DNA from: a plasmid
Reading direction: 5' to 3' (one strand)
DNA length: 64,000 bases
Sequence record: NZ_LR134467.1
A program made the position numbers and the translations under genes. The first letter of the stretch is position 1. Every line of letters starts with the position of its first letter. The notes beneath the pieces are model-generated. The model was given only the letters and a program-made list of their open reading frames with translations. It searched no databases and was not told the DNA's origin. Positions 61,871 through 64,000 of this stretch are shown piece after piece.

Positions 61871-62443
61871 TCAGTTCTCACCTTCTTTCGCGATCTGGTT
61901 CTTCAGCTTCGTCAGCGCGCGGTGCTGAGCCACGCGGACGGCACCGGCGGTACCGCCCACGGCCTCCGCGGTCTCCTCGGCCGACAGGCCGACGACCACG
62001 CGGAGGATCAGGATCTCGCGCTGTTTCTCGGGGAGCGTGCTCAGGAGCCGGGCCATGTCACGGCTCGCCTCGGTGGCGAGCGCGTGGCTCTCGGGCCCGC
62101 CTTCCAGCGACGCTCTCTCTGGGATCTCGCCGACGGGGTCGGATTTGTTACGCGAGGCGTTCCGGAAGCCGTCCGCGACCTTGTGCGCGGCGATGCCGTA
62201 CACGAACGCCATGAACGGGCGCCCCTGGTCCTCGTAACGGGGCAGGGCCGTCATCACAGCCATGCACACCTCCTGCGTGAGATCCTCAGCCGACAGCGAG
62301 TGACGCTCGCCGCCACCGACCCGCGCGCGGCAGTACCGCACGACGAGGGGTCGGATGGTGTCGAGGACATCTGCGAGCGCCGACCTGTCACCGCGCGCTG
62401 CCTCGCGCACGGCCCGGTCGAGCTCCTCACCTGTCAGATTCAT
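61871..62443 (-). CDS. sigD: ECF RNA polymerase sigma factor SigD
   Basis: 190 aa with sigma-70 region 2 and region 4 (LSAEETAEAVGGTAGAVRVAQHRALTKL). Confidence 0.85.
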   Translation of the reverse strand: MNLTGEELDRAVREAARGDRSALADVLDTIRPLVVRYCRARVGGGERHSLSAEDLTQEVCMAVMTALPRYEDQGRPFMAFVYGIAAHKVADGFRNASRNKSDPVGEIPERASLEGGPESHALATEASRDMARLLSTLPEKQREILILRVVVGLSAEETAEAVGGTAGAVRVAQHRALTKLKNQIAKEGEN

Positions 62444-62463
62444 CGCCAGCCTGCATTCCGCCG

Positions 62464-63345
62464 TTACACCCCTGCCAGATCCGCGCCATCACGAATCCAT
62501 TCCTCCTCCAGAACGGCGACGATCCGCGCCGCAGCCGCCCCCCGACCCTCTCCTCCTGACGTGCCGCTCATCATTTTGGCTCCGGCCCACCTTAGAGGAT
62601 TCAACACCGCCTCGGTGGCGACCCGGTAGGCCTGCTCGACCAGTTCCACCGCCCGGTCGGCCTGCCCCGAGGCCATCGCCGCGGCGCCCGCGATGAGGAG
62701 CGTCTTCGCGTGATGACGAGGCCGGCCCGGCCCCGGATCGGCCGTGAGCAGGGCGCCGACCGCGTCCGCCGCGCCCGCGGCGTCCCCGGAGTACACGGCC
62801 AGCTCGGCCGCGACCCAGTCCCGGCGCAGGCGCGCGCGGGGCACCGTCCACCACGGCCCCGGCGACGGCTGCGCAGCGCCTCCCCCGGCACTCCCCGCCG
62901 CACCGGCGTCGTGCGCGGCGAGATGCTCATCGGCCCGCGCGAGGAGGCGCGCGCTCAGCGCGTAGCGGCCGGTACCGAGGGCGTCCGCTGCGAGCCCGAC
63001 GGTCGCGTCGGCCGCCCATGCCACACTCATGTCGTACACAGGTTGTTCACACCCTGTGTATGCAAGAGCAAGCGCGGTGCCGTCGGGGACCGCGGCGGCG
63101 CGGTGCCGGCCGGACTGCCGCAGCATCGACGCCTCGAGGCACCGTGCGGCGGAGGCGAAGGGACCGTCGACCACGGGGGCCGTGAGGGTGCGCGCGGCGG
63201 CGAACCGTCCGGCACCCGCGAGCGCGACCGCCCGGAGCCACGCTCGCCCCTGCGGACCGTCGAGCGGCCCGGCGGGACCGCAGTCCGCACCGAACGCCGC
63301 GGCGAGGAGCACCTCCGCGGAGGGCCCCGAGTGTCCAGTTTCCAA
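62464..63345 (-). CDS. conserved hypothetical protein (Rv3415c-like position)
   Basis: Ala-rich 293-aa ORF. The TTG at 63345 is chosen because the sequence upstream of it is AT-rich and looks non-coding. ATG at 63387 is the alternative start. Confidence 0.45.
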   Translation of the reverse strand: METGHSGPSAEVLLAAAFGADCGPAGPLDGPQGRAWLRAVALAGAGRFAAARTLTAPVVDGPFASAARCLEASMLRQSGRHRAAAVPDGTALALAYTGCEQPVYDMSVAWAADATVGLAADALGTGRYALSARLLARADEHLAAHDAGAAGSAGGGAAQPSPGPWWTVPRARLRRDWVAAELAVYSGDAAGAADAVGALLTADPGPGRPRHHAKTLLIAGAAAMASGQADRAVELVEQAYRVATEAVLNPLRWAGAKMMSGTSGGEGRGAAAARIVAVLEEEWIRDGADLAGV

Positions 63346-63721
63346 AGATTTAACCTTCCGGAATTTGCAGCCGTGACAATGGATCACCGAGGCCGTTCAC
63401 GGGCGTTGAGGTTACCGTCATGTAAGACGTTTCCCGTCCGTCCGCAGCCTGTGAACGCCCCATTGGTACGGCGTACGACAATTCAAAACTTACCACTACC
63501 TGGGCGAACACTTCCCGAGACACTCACTTCACAGTCGCAATTCCTCAGGTGCACACCGGCGTAATGAATGAACACGACGTTAATTCTCACGCTGATCGAA
63601 TCACCCCCCGGATACCCCGGAACGGGTTGACCTTCGTCTGGCGAACTGCCTACGGTGAGTGCGCGAGAGGAACAACGACGTTTCCACGCCCGCGAGAACG
63701 CCGAGTGTCTGGAGAATGCGC

Positions 63722-64000
63722 ATGCCTCAACCCAACGAGCTCCCCGGTCCCAACTCGGATTTCTGGGACTGGCAGATGCATGGCGTGTGTCGCGGGGTCG
63801 ACAGCTCGGTGTTCTTCCATCCGGACGGCGAGCGCGGCCGGGCCCGTGCGCAGCGCGAGCGGCGCGCCAAGGAGCTGTGCCGCACCTGCCCCGTCCTCGC
63901 GCAGTGCCGCACGCACGCGATCGCGGTCGCCGAGCCCTACGGCATCTGGGGCGGCCTGTCGGAGTCGGAGCGCGCCGCCCTCACCGCGAAGTCGCGGGTC
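63722..64000 (+). CDS. whiB3: WhiB-family redox-sensing transcriptional regulator WhiB3 (partial, continues past window end)
   Basis: MPQPNELPGPNSDFWDWQMHGVCRGVDSSVFFHPDGERGRARAQRERRAKELCRTCPVLAQCRTHA... closely resembles M. tuberculosis WhiB3, including the 4-Cys cluster. It is preceded by about 330 bp of AT-richer leader. Confidence 0.9.
   Translation, partial: MPQPNELPGPNSDFWDWQMHGVCRGVDSSVFFHPDGERGRARAQRERRAKELCRTCPVLAQCRTHAIAVAEPYGIWGGLSESERAALTAKSRV

Overview
High-GC (about 70%) actinobacterial chromosomal segment of the Mycobacteriales type. Gene order is broadly syntenic with the M. tuberculosis Rv3316-Rv3416 interval: cdd, sdhCDAB, dacB, yihY-trpS, metX, folD, trmL, pyc, dnaE2, imuA'-imuB, guaA, choD-guaB3-guaB2, sigD-rsdA, whiB3. 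It is far more compact than that interval and has no PE/PPE genes, IS elements, rRNA, tRNA or CRISPR. I call about 70 protein genes by recognisable protein families, with GC3 frame bias used in one case, on top of the supplied ORF track. Many long Arg/Pro-rich ORFs in that track are wrong-frame artefacts of GC-rich DNA and were discarded. Non-core content worth a look: an operator-flanked RHH regulator / DUF4097 / ABC-transporter module after sdhB; a PadR-MFS pair; a secreted guanyl-specific RNase lipoprotein plus barstar inhibitor translationally coupled to xthA; a MarR / amidohydrolase / serpin-lipoprotein / membrane-protein island lying between dnaE2 and imuA'B, whose membrane protein carries an apparent +/-1 frameshift at a G-run; and a divergent PspC-domain histidine kinase / LuxR regulator / PspC-LiaF-like membrane protein locus. 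Regulatory elements found by eye: a SAM-IV riboswitch with a start-region hairpin in front of metX, a near-perfect mycobacterial LexA (Cheo) box upstream of imuA', atypical TCGAAC hexamer repeats at the dnaE2 promoter, PadR/MarR/RHH operator-like palindromes, a 16-bp perfect hairpin over the trmL start, and several intrinsic-terminator hairpins. No candidate here amounts to a complete previously undescribed system; the RHH-DUF4097-ABC module and the serpin island are the least well-characterised parts.
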